NCBI GenBank assembly: GCA_041746715.1
Contig: JBGTGN010000227.1
Span: 1-63,705, forward strand
Origin: Pirellulales bacterium
Lineage (GTDB): Bacteria; Planctomycetota; Planctomycetia; Pirellulales; UBA1268
Direction of reading: 5' to 3'
Length of the DNA stretch: 63,705 nucleotides
Below are positions 10,994 to 20,700 of the stretch, in pieces; the first letter of the stretch is position 1; each line of letters starts with the position of its first letter. Below the pieces are notes generated by a model. The model had not been told where the DNA came from and did no database searches. It was given only the letters and a program-made list of their open reading frames with translations. A program made the position numbers and the translations under genes.

Positions 10994-12349
10994 TCACACC
11001 ATCGTCTTTGACCAACGGGCACCTGCGAAAATGACGAGCATCGCGAGGCCACGGGCGGTGAGATCCGCGGCCATGGCAAGCCAGGCACCGAAGACGCCCA
11101 GTCCGCAACCGGGGAGCGTGCCGAGTCCTCCGGGCAGTTCGATGAACGGCCAGGCGAAAAAGACCGCCAACGGCAGCCGAATCAGGATCAGGCTCGTGAA
11201 GTTGACGACCATCGGGGGGCGGGTGGCACCAGCCCCTCGGAGCGCTCCGGAAAACACCATGAGAAGCGCAAGCGGAAGCTGCACGAAGGCCACAACCCGA
11301 ACGAGCGACGCCGCCAGCGACGCCACGGCAGGCTGCCGGCCTGCGCCCCCGGTAAACCAGGTAGCCAACGGGTCTGCGGCGAGGAAAAACCCGAGGCCCG
11401 CGAGGCCCATGAACACCGCGGCCGTGACGGCGGCTAGGCCGACACTCCGTCGGGCCCGATGCTGATCTCCAGCCCCCAGAAACTGGCCTGCCAGCGTCGC
11501 GGCGGCCACACCAAAGGCACTCCCGGGGAGAAACGCCAGTGACTCGATCGTGACCGCCACGGCATGTGCCGCCGCATCGACATCACCGAGGCGATTGACG
11601 ATCCCCAGAAACGTGAGTTGGCAGGCGGCGTTGCCGATGGCATCGGTGCCCGCTGGCCCTCCGATCTGGCCAATCCTCGAGAGCTCGATCCGTCCGGGCC
11701 GCAGGTCGGTCCACCGCGGCCGCAGCCCTCGGCCTCCCCGCGCCAAGAGTGTGACCACCACCACCGTCCCGCATGCGTAACCAGCGACCGTCCCCCAGGC
11801 GAGCCCCTCCCATCCAAGCCGCGGCAGGCCAAGTGAGCCAGTGGCAAGGGCATAGCTCGCGCCGGCGTTGACAAGGTTGACCACCGACATAGCCACGAGA
11901 CCGCCCACCATGTCGCCTACGGCTCGCAGCGTGGCCACGCCGACAACGAGGACGGCCAGGAGCGGAAGCGTCGGAACAACGATTGCCAGATACCGCACCG
12001 CAAGTGCACGACTGCCGTCCGCGAGCCCCAGCCATGACACAAATCGCTCGCCCCCAAAGACCGCCAGGCCAAGCGCGACGACGGCCAAGACGATCGCCAC
12101 AACCAAGCAGGCGACCCACGCCCGGCGGGCGGCCGCCATGTCACCCGCACCCACGGCGCGCGATACCATCGCCGTGGCTCCGGCCGCCGGCGCCACAAAG
12201 AGCACCGGCATGAATGCCAGGCAGTACGCCACGAGACCGATGGCGGCGAGCGGCTCGGCGTCGGTGAAAAGGTTCCCCGCGAGCCACTTGTCGACGAAGC
12301 CAACGGCAAGCGCCAGGAACTGCTCGAGCAGCACCGGAGCCACCAGCAC
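10994..12349 (-). CDS. MATE family efflux transporter (start uncertain)
   Basis: Twelve-helix hydrophobic protein with a MATE-like N-terminus (...APVLLEQFLALAVGFVDKWLAGNL) and an internal repeat. Reading codons, the only canonical starts are TTG 12655 (overlaps the upstream gene by 226 nt) or GTG 12349/12343, which would clip TM1. Confidence 0.75.
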   Translation of the reverse strand: MLVAPVLLEQFLALAVGFVDKWLAGNLFTDAEPLAAIGLVAYCLAFMPVLFVAPAAGATAMVSRAVGAGDMAAARRAWVACLVVAIVLAVVALGLAVFGGERFVSWLGLADGSRALAVRYLAIVVPTLPLLAVLVVGVATLRAVGDMVGGLVAMSVVNLVNAGASYALATGSLGLPRLGWEGLAWGTVAGYACGTVVVVTLLARGGRGLRPRWTDLRPGRIELSRIGQIGGPAGTDAIGNAACQLTFLGIVNRLGDVDAAAHAVAVTIESLAFLPGSAFGVAAATLAGQFLGAGDQHRARRSVGLAAVTAAVFMGLAGLGFFLAADPLATWFTGGAGRQPAVASLAASLVRVVAFVQLPLALLMVFSGALRGAGATRPPMVVNFTSLILIRLPLAVFFAWPFIELPGGLGTLPGCGLGVFGAWLAMAADLTARGLAMLVIFAGARWSKTMV

Positions 12350-12429
12350 AACGAGCGGCCAGACGGTTCCGGGGAGAACGGTAATCCCGCCCTTCCTCGT
12401 CGTACGGCTCGCTTGAGGTTCCGCCCGTG

Positions 12430-13725
12430 TCAGGCAAACAACTCCTTGATCACCTTGCCGGAGTTGGCGATCTTCATCGGCCGACCATTCTTCGCCGTAA
12501 AGGTCGTCTCCAGCTTGATGCCAAGGGCCTTGAGAACGCTCGCCATGAGATCCTCGGAGGTGTAGGGCTCGGAAATGACTTCGCGGCCATCCGAGCTTGT
12601 TTCCCCGACCGTCACGCCCCGCTTGAACCCGCCGCCGCCCACCACGGCACTCCAACTGCGGGCCCAGTGATCCCGGCCCGCGCCGCCATTGATGTTGGGC
12701 GTGCGACTGAATTCACCCATCCAGATCACGACGGTGTCATCGAGCATGCCGCGGTCGGCAAGGTCGGCCACGAGGGCGCTCATGGCCTGATCAACTTCGG
12801 GAAGCTTGCGATCCTGGAGCGTCGGGAAAATTCCCGAATGGTTGTCCCACCCGCCGAGATCGACTTCGACGAATGGCACGCCCATTTCCACCAGGCGACG
12901 AGCCATGAGGCAGCCGCGGCCGAAGCCGGTGTTGCCATACTTCTCCCGCACATCGGCCGGCTCTTGCATGACCTTGAACGCACTCATCTGATCGCTCGTC
13001 ATGAGCTTGACGGTCTTATCGAGCACCTTCATGTGGTCATCCGCCGCGCCACCTCGACTCTCACCGATGAACTTCTTCTCGATCGTCGCCAGCATCTCGA
13101 GCCGCTGCGACAGCCTCGCTGGGTCAATCCCCATGTCGAGGTTGCGAACATTGCCGTTGGAGTCAACCACGAACGGCGCCCAGGTCATGCCCAGAAAACC
13201 GGGGCCCACGCTGCTGCCCCCCACCGACACGAACGGCGGAATCTCGAGGTGCGGCACCTGGTCGATGAGCTCGTGCGCGATGACCGACCCATAGCTGGGG
13301 TGCTCCACGTTCGGATTCGGAACGTAGCCGGTGTGCATGTAGTAGCGGCCCCGCATGTGGTCAGCTTCGCGGGTGCTCATCGACCGCACGATCGCCATCT
13401 GGTGCATCTGCTTGGCCATGAGCGGGAGGTGTTCGCAGATTTGCACGCCATCGGCACTCGTTGGGATCGGCTTGAAAGGACCGCCTGTCGGCTGACCCGG
13501 CTTGAGATCCCACATGTCGATCGTGCTCGGCCCACCTCCCATCCAGAGGAGGATCGCTGCCTTGTGCCGCTTCCGCATGTCGGTGGAGTTGGCAAAGATC
13601 GTGTTGGTAAACGCGGTGGCCGGTGCCGCCAAGGCTGCCGCGCCGGCAAGATGGCTCACGAAATGACGGCGGCTCATGCCGGCCGGGACATCGAGCAGGC
13701 CGGGCATGCGAAAATTGACTGACAT
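12430..13725 (-). CDS. DUF1501 domain protein (sulfatase/phosphatase-fold), Tat-exported
   Basis: ATG 13725 with GAAGGAG upstream. N-terminus MSVNFRMPGLLDVPAGMSRRHFVSHLAGAAALAAPA is a twin-arginine signal. The body (ILLWMGGGPSTIDMWDLKPG...GRDHWARSWS) is typical of DUF1501. Confidence 0.85.
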   Translation of the reverse strand: MSVNFRMPGLLDVPAGMSRRHFVSHLAGAAALAAPATAFTNTIFANSTDMRKRHKAAILLWMGGGPSTIDMWDLKPGQPTGGPFKPIPTSADGVQICEHLPLMAKQMHQMAIVRSMSTREADHMRGRYYMHTGYVPNPNVEHPSYGSVIAHELIDQVPHLEIPPFVSVGGSSVGPGFLGMTWAPFVVDSNGNVRNLDMGIDPARLSQRLEMLATIEKKFIGESRGGAADDHMKVLDKTVKLMTSDQMSAFKVMQEPADVREKYGNTGFGRGCLMARRLVEMGVPFVEVDLGGWDNHSGIFPTLQDRKLPEVDQAMSALVADLADRGMLDDTVVIWMGEFSRTPNINGGAGRDHWARSWSAVVGGGGFKRGVTVGETSSDGREVISEPYTSEDLMASVLKALGIKLETTFTAKNGRPMKIANSGKVIKELFA

Positions 13726-13849
13726 GACGAAACTCCTTCGACTGGAGAAAAAGATGAAACCCGGCCGTGCCACCCTCGGCCCGAGCATCTATTCGGTACC
13801 TTAAGTATCGCTTATTCCCTACCCCGTGGCCACACGCCTTGGCGGCGGC

Positions 13850-15580
13850 TCAATGATTGATGATGAATTCGTTCGAGTTCAGAACCGCCCACCATACATC
13901 CTGAAGAGCCGCGGCCACGTCGCCCTTGCGGGCCCCGAGGAGGGCCGTGGCTACCTGCCGCTCCTTTGACGACGGCACACGGGCGAGGGCTGCCTTGTAA
14001 AGAAGGTCAATCTTCTTCGTCGGCGGCATTCCGCTGGCCGCGATCTGATCGAGAAATCCTCCCTTGCCCGTACTCGTTGCCTGCTTGATGAGATCCCCGT
14101 TGAACATCATGAGTGCCTGAGGAATCGACCCGTTGAAGGTTGTCGCATCGTCTCCCTCGTCGGTACCGAACGCGATGACAAACTGCGCGAGCCACTTGTC
14201 TTTCATCTTGGCGGCGTCTTCACCTCGACTGGTTTGGTCGGCCTGCGTGGCCGTGAGAAGAGACTCGTAGAGCTGCTCTGCCTGCATCTGCCGGACATAG
14301 AAGTGCGTGAACTTCGGCCGCTCGCCCAGCGACGGATCATCACCCTTGTTGGCCACCGTCGTACGGCTCGAGAGCGAGTAGGGATGCGACAGCACAATCC
14401 AGCGGGCAATCTCCTTGAGATCAAAACTGCTCTCCCGAAACCGCTCGGCCAATCCGTCGAGGAGCTCCGGGTGGGATGGAGGATTGTGGTCGCCGAGGTC
14501 ATCCACAGGCTTGGTAAACCCATAACCGAGAAAGTGCCCCCACATCCGGTTCACGATGGCCTTCGTGAAATAGGGGCTGCCCTTGATGAGCTGGGCGAGT
14601 TCGCGGCGACGATTCGCGCCATACTGCGTGCCATCCGACATCGTGCCAGGAAGATAGCCGCTCTTGGAAATCTCCGTCCCATCGACGAACACAGGATAGG
14701 CGACCTTCATGATCCCGTTTCGAAGCTCATAGAAAAGCTCGGCCTCTTCCGGATTGCCCCCCTCGCCAGCGAAATCCTCATCGACCAGCTCGACCCATTG
14801 CACGTCCTGTGTGCCGTCTCGCCTGCGGAGGGCGCGGGTTTGGCGAAAGAAGGCATTGAGCTCCCAGAACTGATTCTGCTTGCCCTTGTTGAACGGGTGA
14901 TTGTGGCACTGCGTACACTGCACCTGGAGACCCAGGAATATCTGCGCCGTCTTGGCGGTGGCCTGCACGCCGTTTTCGACGCCCATCTCCTCCATCTTGC
15001 CGCTCAGGAAATTCACGGCGCCGTTGAAGCCGGAGAGATTCTGGCGATTGGCATTCACCCCGGTCGCCGTGACGAGTTCGTCCATGAACTTGTCATAGGG
15101 AAGGTTCTTGGAAAATGCCCGCCGGAGATATTGCCGCATCCCTGGACGGCTCACCCGCTCATTCTCGACGTCGCGACCGATGAGAACGGTCGTCCACACG
15201 TCGGTGAAATGCCGAGCGTACTCATCGACATAGTCATCCCCGAGCAACTTCGCGGCGAGATCGGCCCGCTTCGTCGGCGATGAATCGGAAAGATACGCCT
15301 CGAGCTCTTTGACCGACGGCACGCGACCCACGAGATCAAGAAAGACGCGGCGGCACCACTCACCGTCAGAAGCCTCCGGCGATGGCTGAAGGCCAGCGTC
15401 CGCCCAGACGGCAGCAACCTGTTCGTTGATGAATTTGACTTGGGGGATTCCGTAGTGATCGACCGCGTCTCCCTTTCCCGCAGGAGCCCCTTCCGCTGAA
15501 ACGACCGGAGCCATCAGGACGGCCATGGCGGCGGCAATCAGACCGTGGCGATACTGCTCGACACGAATGCTCAAACGCAT
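13850..15580 (-). CDS. DUF1549/DUF1553 domain protein (PSD1-type), without an N-terminal cytochrome-c-like domain
   Basis: ATG 15580 (MRLSIRVEQYRHGLIAAAMAVLMAPVVSAEG, a signal peptide). Contains FLDLVGRVPSVKELEAYL (DUF1549) and LGLQVQCTQCHNHPFNKGKQNQFWELNAFF (DUF1553). Confidence 0.85.
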   Translation of the reverse strand: MRLSIRVEQYRHGLIAAAMAVLMAPVVSAEGAPAGKGDAVDHYGIPQVKFINEQVAAVWADAGLQPSPEASDGEWCRRVFLDLVGRVPSVKELEAYLSDSSPTKRADLAAKLLGDDYVDEYARHFTDVWTTVLIGRDVENERVSRPGMRQYLRRAFSKNLPYDKFMDELVTATGVNANRQNLSGFNGAVNFLSGKMEEMGVENGVQATAKTAQIFLGLQVQCTQCHNHPFNKGKQNQFWELNAFFRQTRALRRRDGTQDVQWVELVDEDFAGEGGNPEEAELFYELRNGIMKVAYPVFVDGTEISKSGYLPGTMSDGTQYGANRRRELAQLIKGSPYFTKAIVNRMWGHFLGYGFTKPVDDLGDHNPPSHPELLDGLAERFRESSFDLKEIARWIVLSHPYSLSSRTTVANKGDDPSLGERPKFTHFYVRQMQAEQLYESLLTATQADQTSRGEDAAKMKDKWLAQFVIAFGTDEGDDATTFNGSIPQALMMFNGDLIKQATSTGKGGFLDQIAASGMPPTKKIDLLYKAALARVPSSKERQVATALLGARKGDVAAALQDVWWAVLNSNEFIINH

Positions 15581-15680
15581 GGCACGCTCCCGAAAAGTGA
15601 GGCCGAGCAAATCCGCCCGGAGCCTTCATCTTATTCGGGGGACGCGGAAGCTCCTATTCCCGATCCGTTGCCGACGGCTG

Positions 15681-16256
15681 TCAGATGTCAGCCTTTGGCT
15701 TTCTCGAGCCGGGCGAAGCATTCCGAGCGGCCGTTTCCTCACCCACAAACTCCAAAATGGCCCGCTCGCCGGCATCGCCAAGTCGCGGGGTCGCAAGCTT
15801 GAGAATCCGGGTGTAGCCACCAGGTCGGCCCGCAAACCGGGGGGCAATCACCTCGAAAAGTATCCGTGCGGCCTGCTTGTCGCCAAGAAGTTGGATCGTC
15901 CGACGCCGAGCCTTGACCGCCGGCGCCATAGCCTGAGCCCACGCACGCCACTCGGGGCCATGCCGCCATTCCTTCCAGGCAGCCGAGCCACGGTCAGCCG
16001 TTGTCGCATGCACCGAGGCATCAGCCGCAGCCACGAGCCCTCGGCGGGCAATCGTGATGCACCGTTCGACAAGCGGGCGAACTTCCTTGGCCTTCGGCAA
16101 CGTCGTGATGATACGCCCCTTGACCTTGGCGGCCCCAATTTCGCCGGGCTCGACGGCTTGCTCAGTGAGCATGAGGGCCGACGCCAGATTCCGGAGGAGC
16201 GCCCGCTGGTGGGAGGGAGAACGACCGAGAATCCGGCCTTTACGACGATGACGCAT
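15681..16256 (-). CDS. rplQ: 50S ribosomal protein L17 (long form)
   Basis: ATG 16256 gives MRHRRKGRILGRSPSHQRALLRNLA... and later GGYTRILKL. 191 aa, with an internal insertion and a C-terminal tail. It follows rpoA. Confidence 0.9.
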   Translation of the reverse strand: MRHRRKGRILGRSPSHQRALLRNLASALMLTEQAVEPGEIGAAKVKGRIITTLPKAKEVRPLVERCITIARRGLVAAADASVHATTADRGSAAWKEWRHGPEWRAWAQAMAPAVKARRRTIQLLGDKQAARILFEVIAPRFAGRPGGYTRILKLATPRLGDAGERAILEFVGEETAARNASPGSRKPKADI

Positions 16257-16305
16257 TGATTTTTTCCTCGACAGGAGAGTGACGCGAAAGACGCCACGCT
16301 CAATA

Positions 16306-17295
16306 TCAAGCCTCCGCAGCGGCAGGCACATCCATGCCCAACTGAAGGCCCAGTTCGTTCAGTTTTTCCTCGATCTCATCAGCCGTTGTCTCACCGGCAT
16401 TTCGCATGCCAAGCACGGCTTCGCGGGTGCGCGACACAAGATCGCGCAGTGTTGTCACCCCCTCCTCGTGGAGGCAGTTCGCGGCCCGACCAGAAAGGCG
16501 GAGGTCCGCAACGAGCATACCCAACCGACTCTCGAGCGGAGCCTCGACGGCAAAAACATCCGAGATCGCCGGGAGAGGGACATCACGATCCGGCTTCGTG
16601 TACCCCACGAACGGGTTGAGATGCTTCCGCAGAATCTTGGACGCCTCGACGAGCGCCATTTCGGGCGTCACGGTCCCGTCGGTCCAAATCTCGAGCGTGA
16701 GCTTGTCGTAGTTTGTTTTTTGGCCCACACGGGTTTCCTCAACGTCATACTTGACGCGCGTCACAGGGCTGAACACCGCATCAAGGGGAATGATCCCGAT
16801 TTCCTGCGAGGCCTGGCTGTGCTCGCTCGAAGGAACGTAGCCACGGCCGTTTTCAACCACCATTTCAAGCTCAAACGGCACGTCATCCGTGAGCGTCGCA
16901 ATCACAAGATCCTTGTTCACGATCTCCACGGCGTCGTCGGTTTGGATGTCCGCCGCCGTTACAGGACCACGGGTGCTCTTTTCAACCCGAATGACGCGTG
17001 TGGAATCACTGTGATTCTTGACGATAAGACTCTTGACGGCCAGCACGATGTCGGTGACGTCGTCGAGGACGCCCTTCATCGTCGTGAACTCATGGAGCGC
17101 CCCTGCCATTTTGATCTGCGTGACAGCGCTTCCCTCGAGGCTCGAGAGCAGCACCCGCCGCAGGCTATTGCCAACGGTCGTACCAAAACCCCGTTCGAAC
17201 GGTTCGGCCGTGAATTTCCCGTAGGTGCCAGTGAGCGTGCCGGCATCGGCCACCACAGCTCCGGGCAACTCGAGACCGCGCCAGCGAATGTGCAT
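16306..17295 (-). CDS. rpoA: DNA-directed RNA polymerase subunit alpha
   Basis: ATG 17295 is preceded by GAAGGAG, whereas the track start at 17310 is TTG. Contains [28 protein letters not shown] and the C-terminal domain [11 protein letters not shown]. Confidence 0.95.
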   Translation of the reverse strand: MHIRWRGLELPGAVVADAGTLTGTYGKFTAEPFERGFGTTVGNSLRRVLLSSLEGSAVTQIKMAGALHEFTTMKGVLDDVTDIVLAVKSLIVKNHSDSTRVIRVEKSTRGPVTAADIQTDDAVEIVNKDLVIATLTDDVPFELEMVVENGRGYVPSSEHSQASQEIGIIPLDAVFSPVTRVKYDVEETRVGQKTNYDKLTLEIWTDGTVTPEMALVEASKILRKHLNPFVGYTKPDRDVPLPAISDVFAVEAPLESRLGMLVADLRLSGRAANCLHEEGVTTLRDLVSRTREAVLGMRNAGETTADEIEEKLNELGLQLGMDVPAAAEA

Positions 17296-17314
17296 ACGAT
17301 GCTCCTTCAAAAAA

Positions 17315-17941
17315 CTACTTGGAACACAATTCGATAATCAGATTGGCCTGGATCGGCAACGACACGTCGTCGGCGCCGGGCAAACGATCGACCCGAGCCT
17401 CCGGAATCGCCCCTTCAATCCGCGACAAGAAGTCAGGCACGTCACGACGAAAATCGGCGAGCGCCCGATGGACAAGCTGAAGCGACTTCACACGATTCTT
17501 GACGCGAACGAGATCGCCAGGCTTGACAAGATAACTCGGGATGTCGAGCCGTCGACCGTTGATCGTGACATGCCCGTGCATCACCAATTGCCGGGCAGCC
17601 GCGCGAGACGCCGCAAAGCCGAGGCGATGCACGACGTTGTCGAGCCGTCGCTCGAGCATGGCCATGAGCGACTCCCCGGTATTCCCCTTACCGCGAACAG
17701 CCCGGGCGAAGTAGGTGCGAAACTGACGCTCGAGCACACCGTAGTAATGCTTGACCTTCTGCTTCTCACGCAGCCGAAGTCCGTAATCCGTCGGCTTGGG
17801 CCGCCGCTTCTGAATGACGCCCGGAGGCGCGGGCCGTCGCTCGAAGGCGCACTTCGGCGTATCGCAACGACTCCCCTTAAGAAAAAGCTTGAGTCCGTCG
17901 CGGCGACAGAGTCGGCAAACAGGTCCGGTGATGCGTCCCAT
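17315..17941 (-). CDS. rpsD: 30S ribosomal protein S4 (Cys4 zinc-finger form)
   Basis: [36 protein letters not shown]..., 208 aa, in the alpha-operon position. Confidence 0.95.
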   Translation of the reverse strand: MGRITGPVCRLCRRDGLKLFLKGSRCDTPKCAFERRPAPPGVIQKRRPKPTDYGLRLREKQKVKHYYGVLERQFRTYFARAVRGKGNTGESLMAMLERRLDNVVHRLGFAASRAAARQLVMHGHVTINGRRLDIPSYLVKPGDLVRVKNRVKSLQLVHRALADFRRDVPDFLSRIEGAIPEARVDRLPGADDVSLPIQANLIIELCSK

Positions 17942-17979
17942 AGCTGGCAGTTACGTGATGGAGGGAAACGAGTGGAGAG

Positions 17980-18357
17980 TCAGACGCGACGCTTTTTTGG
18001 AGGCCGACAACCGTTGTGCGGAAGCGGCGTAATGTCTTCGATACTGCGGACGTTCATGCCGGCGGCCTGAAGTGCGGTAATGGCACTCTCACGACCACTG
18101 CCAGGACCCTTCACCCGCACCTCGAGATCCTTGACGCCAAACTTGGCCGCTTTCTCAGCAGCCTGCTGGGCTGCCATCTGGCCGGCGAACGGGGTGCCCT
18201 TGCGGCTCCCCTTGAATCCGCACGTTCCACCGCTTGACCAGCAGAGCGTATCACCCCGAGCATCGGTGATGGTCACGGTTGTGTTGTTGAAGCTGGCGAC
18301 GATGTAGGCAATGCCCGACGTCACGCTTTTCTTTTTTGTTTTTGCTGCCTTCGACAT
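17980..18357 (-). CDS. rpsK: 30S ribosomal protein S11
   Basis: [30 protein letters not shown]...[22 protein letters not shown], 125 aa. Confidence 0.95.
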   Translation of the reverse strand: MSKAAKTKKKSVTSGIAYIVASFNNTTVTITDARGDTLCWSSGGTCGFKGSRKGTPFAGQMAAQQAAEKAAKFGVKDLEVRVKGPGSGRESAITALQAAGMNVRSIEDITPLPHNGCRPPKKRRV

Positions 18358-18425
18358 TCTGAATCCTGTCTTTTCCTAAAACGACCTAAACCCACGCGAG
18401 GGGGCACCTCGCCTGATCGAGGCTC

Positions 18426-18809
18426 TTACTTGAGATCCTTGACACCCTTCTTCCCGGCTACCGTCTTCTTCGGGCCCTTTCGGGTACGGGCGTTGGTGCG
18501 AGTCCGCTGACCTCGAACCGGGAGGCCGCGGCGGTGCCTCAAGCCTCGGTAGCTGGCAATGTCTTTGAGGCGGGAAACGTTTTGGGCCACCTGCCGACGG
18601 AGCTGTCCTTCAACGACGTAGTCCTTGTCGAGAAGCGTAGCGAGCCTTGCCAACTCGTCTTCATGCAGATCACGAGCCTGAGCCTGCGGATCAACGCCGG
18701 CCTTCTGGCAGAGCTCACGGGCCACCCGCGCTCCTACACCGTAGATGTACTGGAGCGAGAAGACTGTTCTCTTCTCAGACGGAATATCAACACCCATCAA
18801 TCGCGGCAT
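18426..18809 (-). CDS. rpsM: 30S ribosomal protein S13
   Basis: The internal ATG 18809 gives [26 protein letters not shown]... (127 aa). The 42 extra codons in the track ORF are not S13-like. Confidence 0.93.
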   Translation of the reverse strand: MPRLMGVDIPSEKRTVFSLQYIYGVGARVARELCQKAGVDPQAQARDLHEDELARLATLLDKDYVVEGQLRRQVAQNVSRLKDIASYRGLRHRRGLPVRGQRTRTNARTRKGPKKTVAGKKGVKDLK

Positions 18810-18867
18810 AGCATGATCCTCGGCGAGGCGTGTGCCTCGAATCGCCCCTGGAGAATGATCGGATTCC

Positions 18868-18981
18868 TCATCCCTGCCGTTGCTTGTGGCGGGGATCGGA
18901 GCACACCACGAACACGACGCCACGTCGCCGGACAATTTTGCACTTGTCGCATATGCGACGAACGCTAGCGCGAACTTTCAT
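18868..18981 (-). CDS. rpmJ: 50S ribosomal protein L36
   Basis: [37 protein letters not shown] (37 aa, CxxC...CxxxxH). It is the 3' end of track ORF 18868..19275. ATG read at 18979-18981. Confidence 0.93.
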   Translation of the reverse strand: MKVRASVRRICDKCKIVRRRGVVFVVCSDPRHKQRQG

Positions 18982-19136
18982 GGCAGCGAGTTGGGCCGAT
19001 ACCGGCCACTCCAGAATCCAGTCAAAAGACCTAAACAACGAACCAACAGGGTTACGAATCGAGTCCCAGATAATAGGCCCACGGAGGGACCGTTCGCAAG
19101 GGGGTGCCCTGAAATCCGCGACTCTGCCGCTTCTGC

Positions 19137-19946
19137 TCAGGCAGCCGGGTCGACAGCCCCCACCGTCTCGCCCTGTGCCGGGGGGGCGGTCAGCACCACG
19201 GGCCCCCCATCGGTGATCGCCACGGTGTGCTCGAAATGGGCACTCGGAAGCCCATCGATCGTTGACTGCGTCCAATAGTCGGGAAGCCCGCGAACCTTTT
19301 TGGACCCCATGTTGACCATGGGCTCAACGGCAATCACAAGCCCGGGCTCGAGGTCGAAGTCGTGCTTCCGACGAAAGGCTGGGGTGCAGAAATTCGGCAC
19401 CTGCGGATCTTCGTGCATGTTCCTCCCGATGCCGTGCCCCACGAAGTTTTCGACCACCGAAAAACCATGGTCGCGAACATACGTGGCCATCTCGGCTGCC
19501 ACATCGCTCCACCGATTCCGCACGCCCATAAGTTCGATGGCCAGTGCAAGCACGCCACTCGTGCAGTCGAGAAGCCGTTGCACGTCGGGGGTAACCTCTC
19601 CGACGGGGTGCGTAAAAGCCGAGTCTCCACACCATCCGCCCACGCTACAGCCGGTGTCGATACTTATGACGTCGCCGACCTGGAGTACTCGTGATCCGGG
19701 AATACCGTGCACGACCTCGTCGTTCACGGAAATGCAGCAGACCGATGGAAACGGCACTTTCCCTGGAACACCCTTGAAGAGCGGAATCGCCCCGTGCGCC
19801 TCGAAGAAACCTTCAACCGCAGCATCGATCTCTCCGGTGGTGACACCGGGCCGCACGAGGGCAGCGGCCACCTGGTGGGCACCCCATACAACGAGACCGG
19901 AACGTCGCATGAGCGCGATTTCCCGGGGGGACCTGAGATTCACCAC
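19137..19946 (-). CDS. map: Type I methionine aminopeptidase
   Basis: 269 aa with a GTG start at 19946. Metal-ligand blocks are [20 protein letters not shown] and EPMVN...FEHTV. Confidence 0.93.
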   Translation of the reverse strand: MVNLRSPREIALMRRSGLVVWGAHQVAAALVRPGVTTGEIDAAVEGFFEAHGAIPLFKGVPGKVPFPSVCCISVNDEVVHGIPGSRVLQVGDVISIDTGCSVGGWCGDSAFTHPVGEVTPDVQRLLDCTSGVLALAIELMGVRNRWSDVAAEMATYVRDHGFSVVENFVGHGIGRNMHEDPQVPNFCTPAFRRKHDFDLEPGLVIAVEPMVNMGSKKVRGLPDYWTQSTIDGLPSAHFEHTVAITDGGPVVLTAPPAQGETVGAVDPAA

Positions 19947-20035
19947 GGATGCACCACAGACAGACCAATCGGAAAGGAAGGAAACACCATATGGAGATCG
20001 AGAGTATAACGGGAGGGCCGCGGCTGCACCCGCCG

Positions 20036-20605
20036 CTAGCGCCGACGGCGACGAAACCGATCGATCGCGACCTTCACGCGTTCGAAGATTTCGTCGGCGG
20101 TTCCGAGGCCATCGATCGAAACGACCTTGCCCTGGCGGCCGTAGTAGTCGAGCAGGGGGGCCGTCTGCCGCTCGAAGCTCGCGATCCGCTCTTCAAACAC
20201 CACAGGATCGTCATCCGCCCGTTTTCGAGCCAGCATTCGCTGCACGAGCTCTTGGCGTGGCACCACCAGCTCGATAACCCCATCGATGCTCATCGCTCGC
20301 CGCTCAAGCATGTCATCAAGTGTTTCCGCCTGAGGAAGCGTGCGTGGAAAGCCGTCGAGCAGATAGCCGCCTCGGCAGTCGGGTTCGGCGAGCCTGCGGT
20401 TCACCATCCCGAGAATGATCGAGTCTGGCACGAGCTGCCCTTTCTCCATCGATTTCGCCGCCTCGAGGCCCGCCGGAGTTCCAGCACGAGCCTCCGCCCG
20501 GAGCATTTCACCGGTCGACAGATGGGGCACCCGGAGCCATTCGACGAGCCGCTGGCACTGCGTCCCTTTTCCAGCGCCGGGAGGCCCGATGAGGATGATC
20601 CGCAT
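20036..20605 (-). CDS. adk: Adenylate kinase (short-LID form)
   Basis: ATG 20605 gives [20 protein letters not shown]... and [15 protein letters not shown]. 189 aa, with no Cys4/long LID insert. Confidence 0.92.
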   Translation of the reverse strand: MRIILIGPPGAGKGTQCQRLVEWLRVPHLSTGEMLRAEARAGTPAGLEAAKSMEKGQLVPDSIILGMVNRRLAEPDCRGGYLLDGFPRTLPQAETLDDMLERRAMSIDGVIELVVPRQELVQRMLARKRADDDPVVFEERIASFERQTAPLLDYYGRQGKVVSIDGLGTADEIFERVKVAIDRFRRRRR

Positions 20606-20700
20606 GGCGGCTGCCACTCGCTGATGGAAAGAGACGTCGCTGCCGGCGAACACGCACTTCGGCAGCTACCATCGAGAACCAGGGAACCTCCGCTGATCCA

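Noticed and set aside
18982-19136. A possible infA between map and rpmJ.
   Set aside because: The gap is only 155 nt, whereas IF-1 needs about 220 nt. No frame is open across it.
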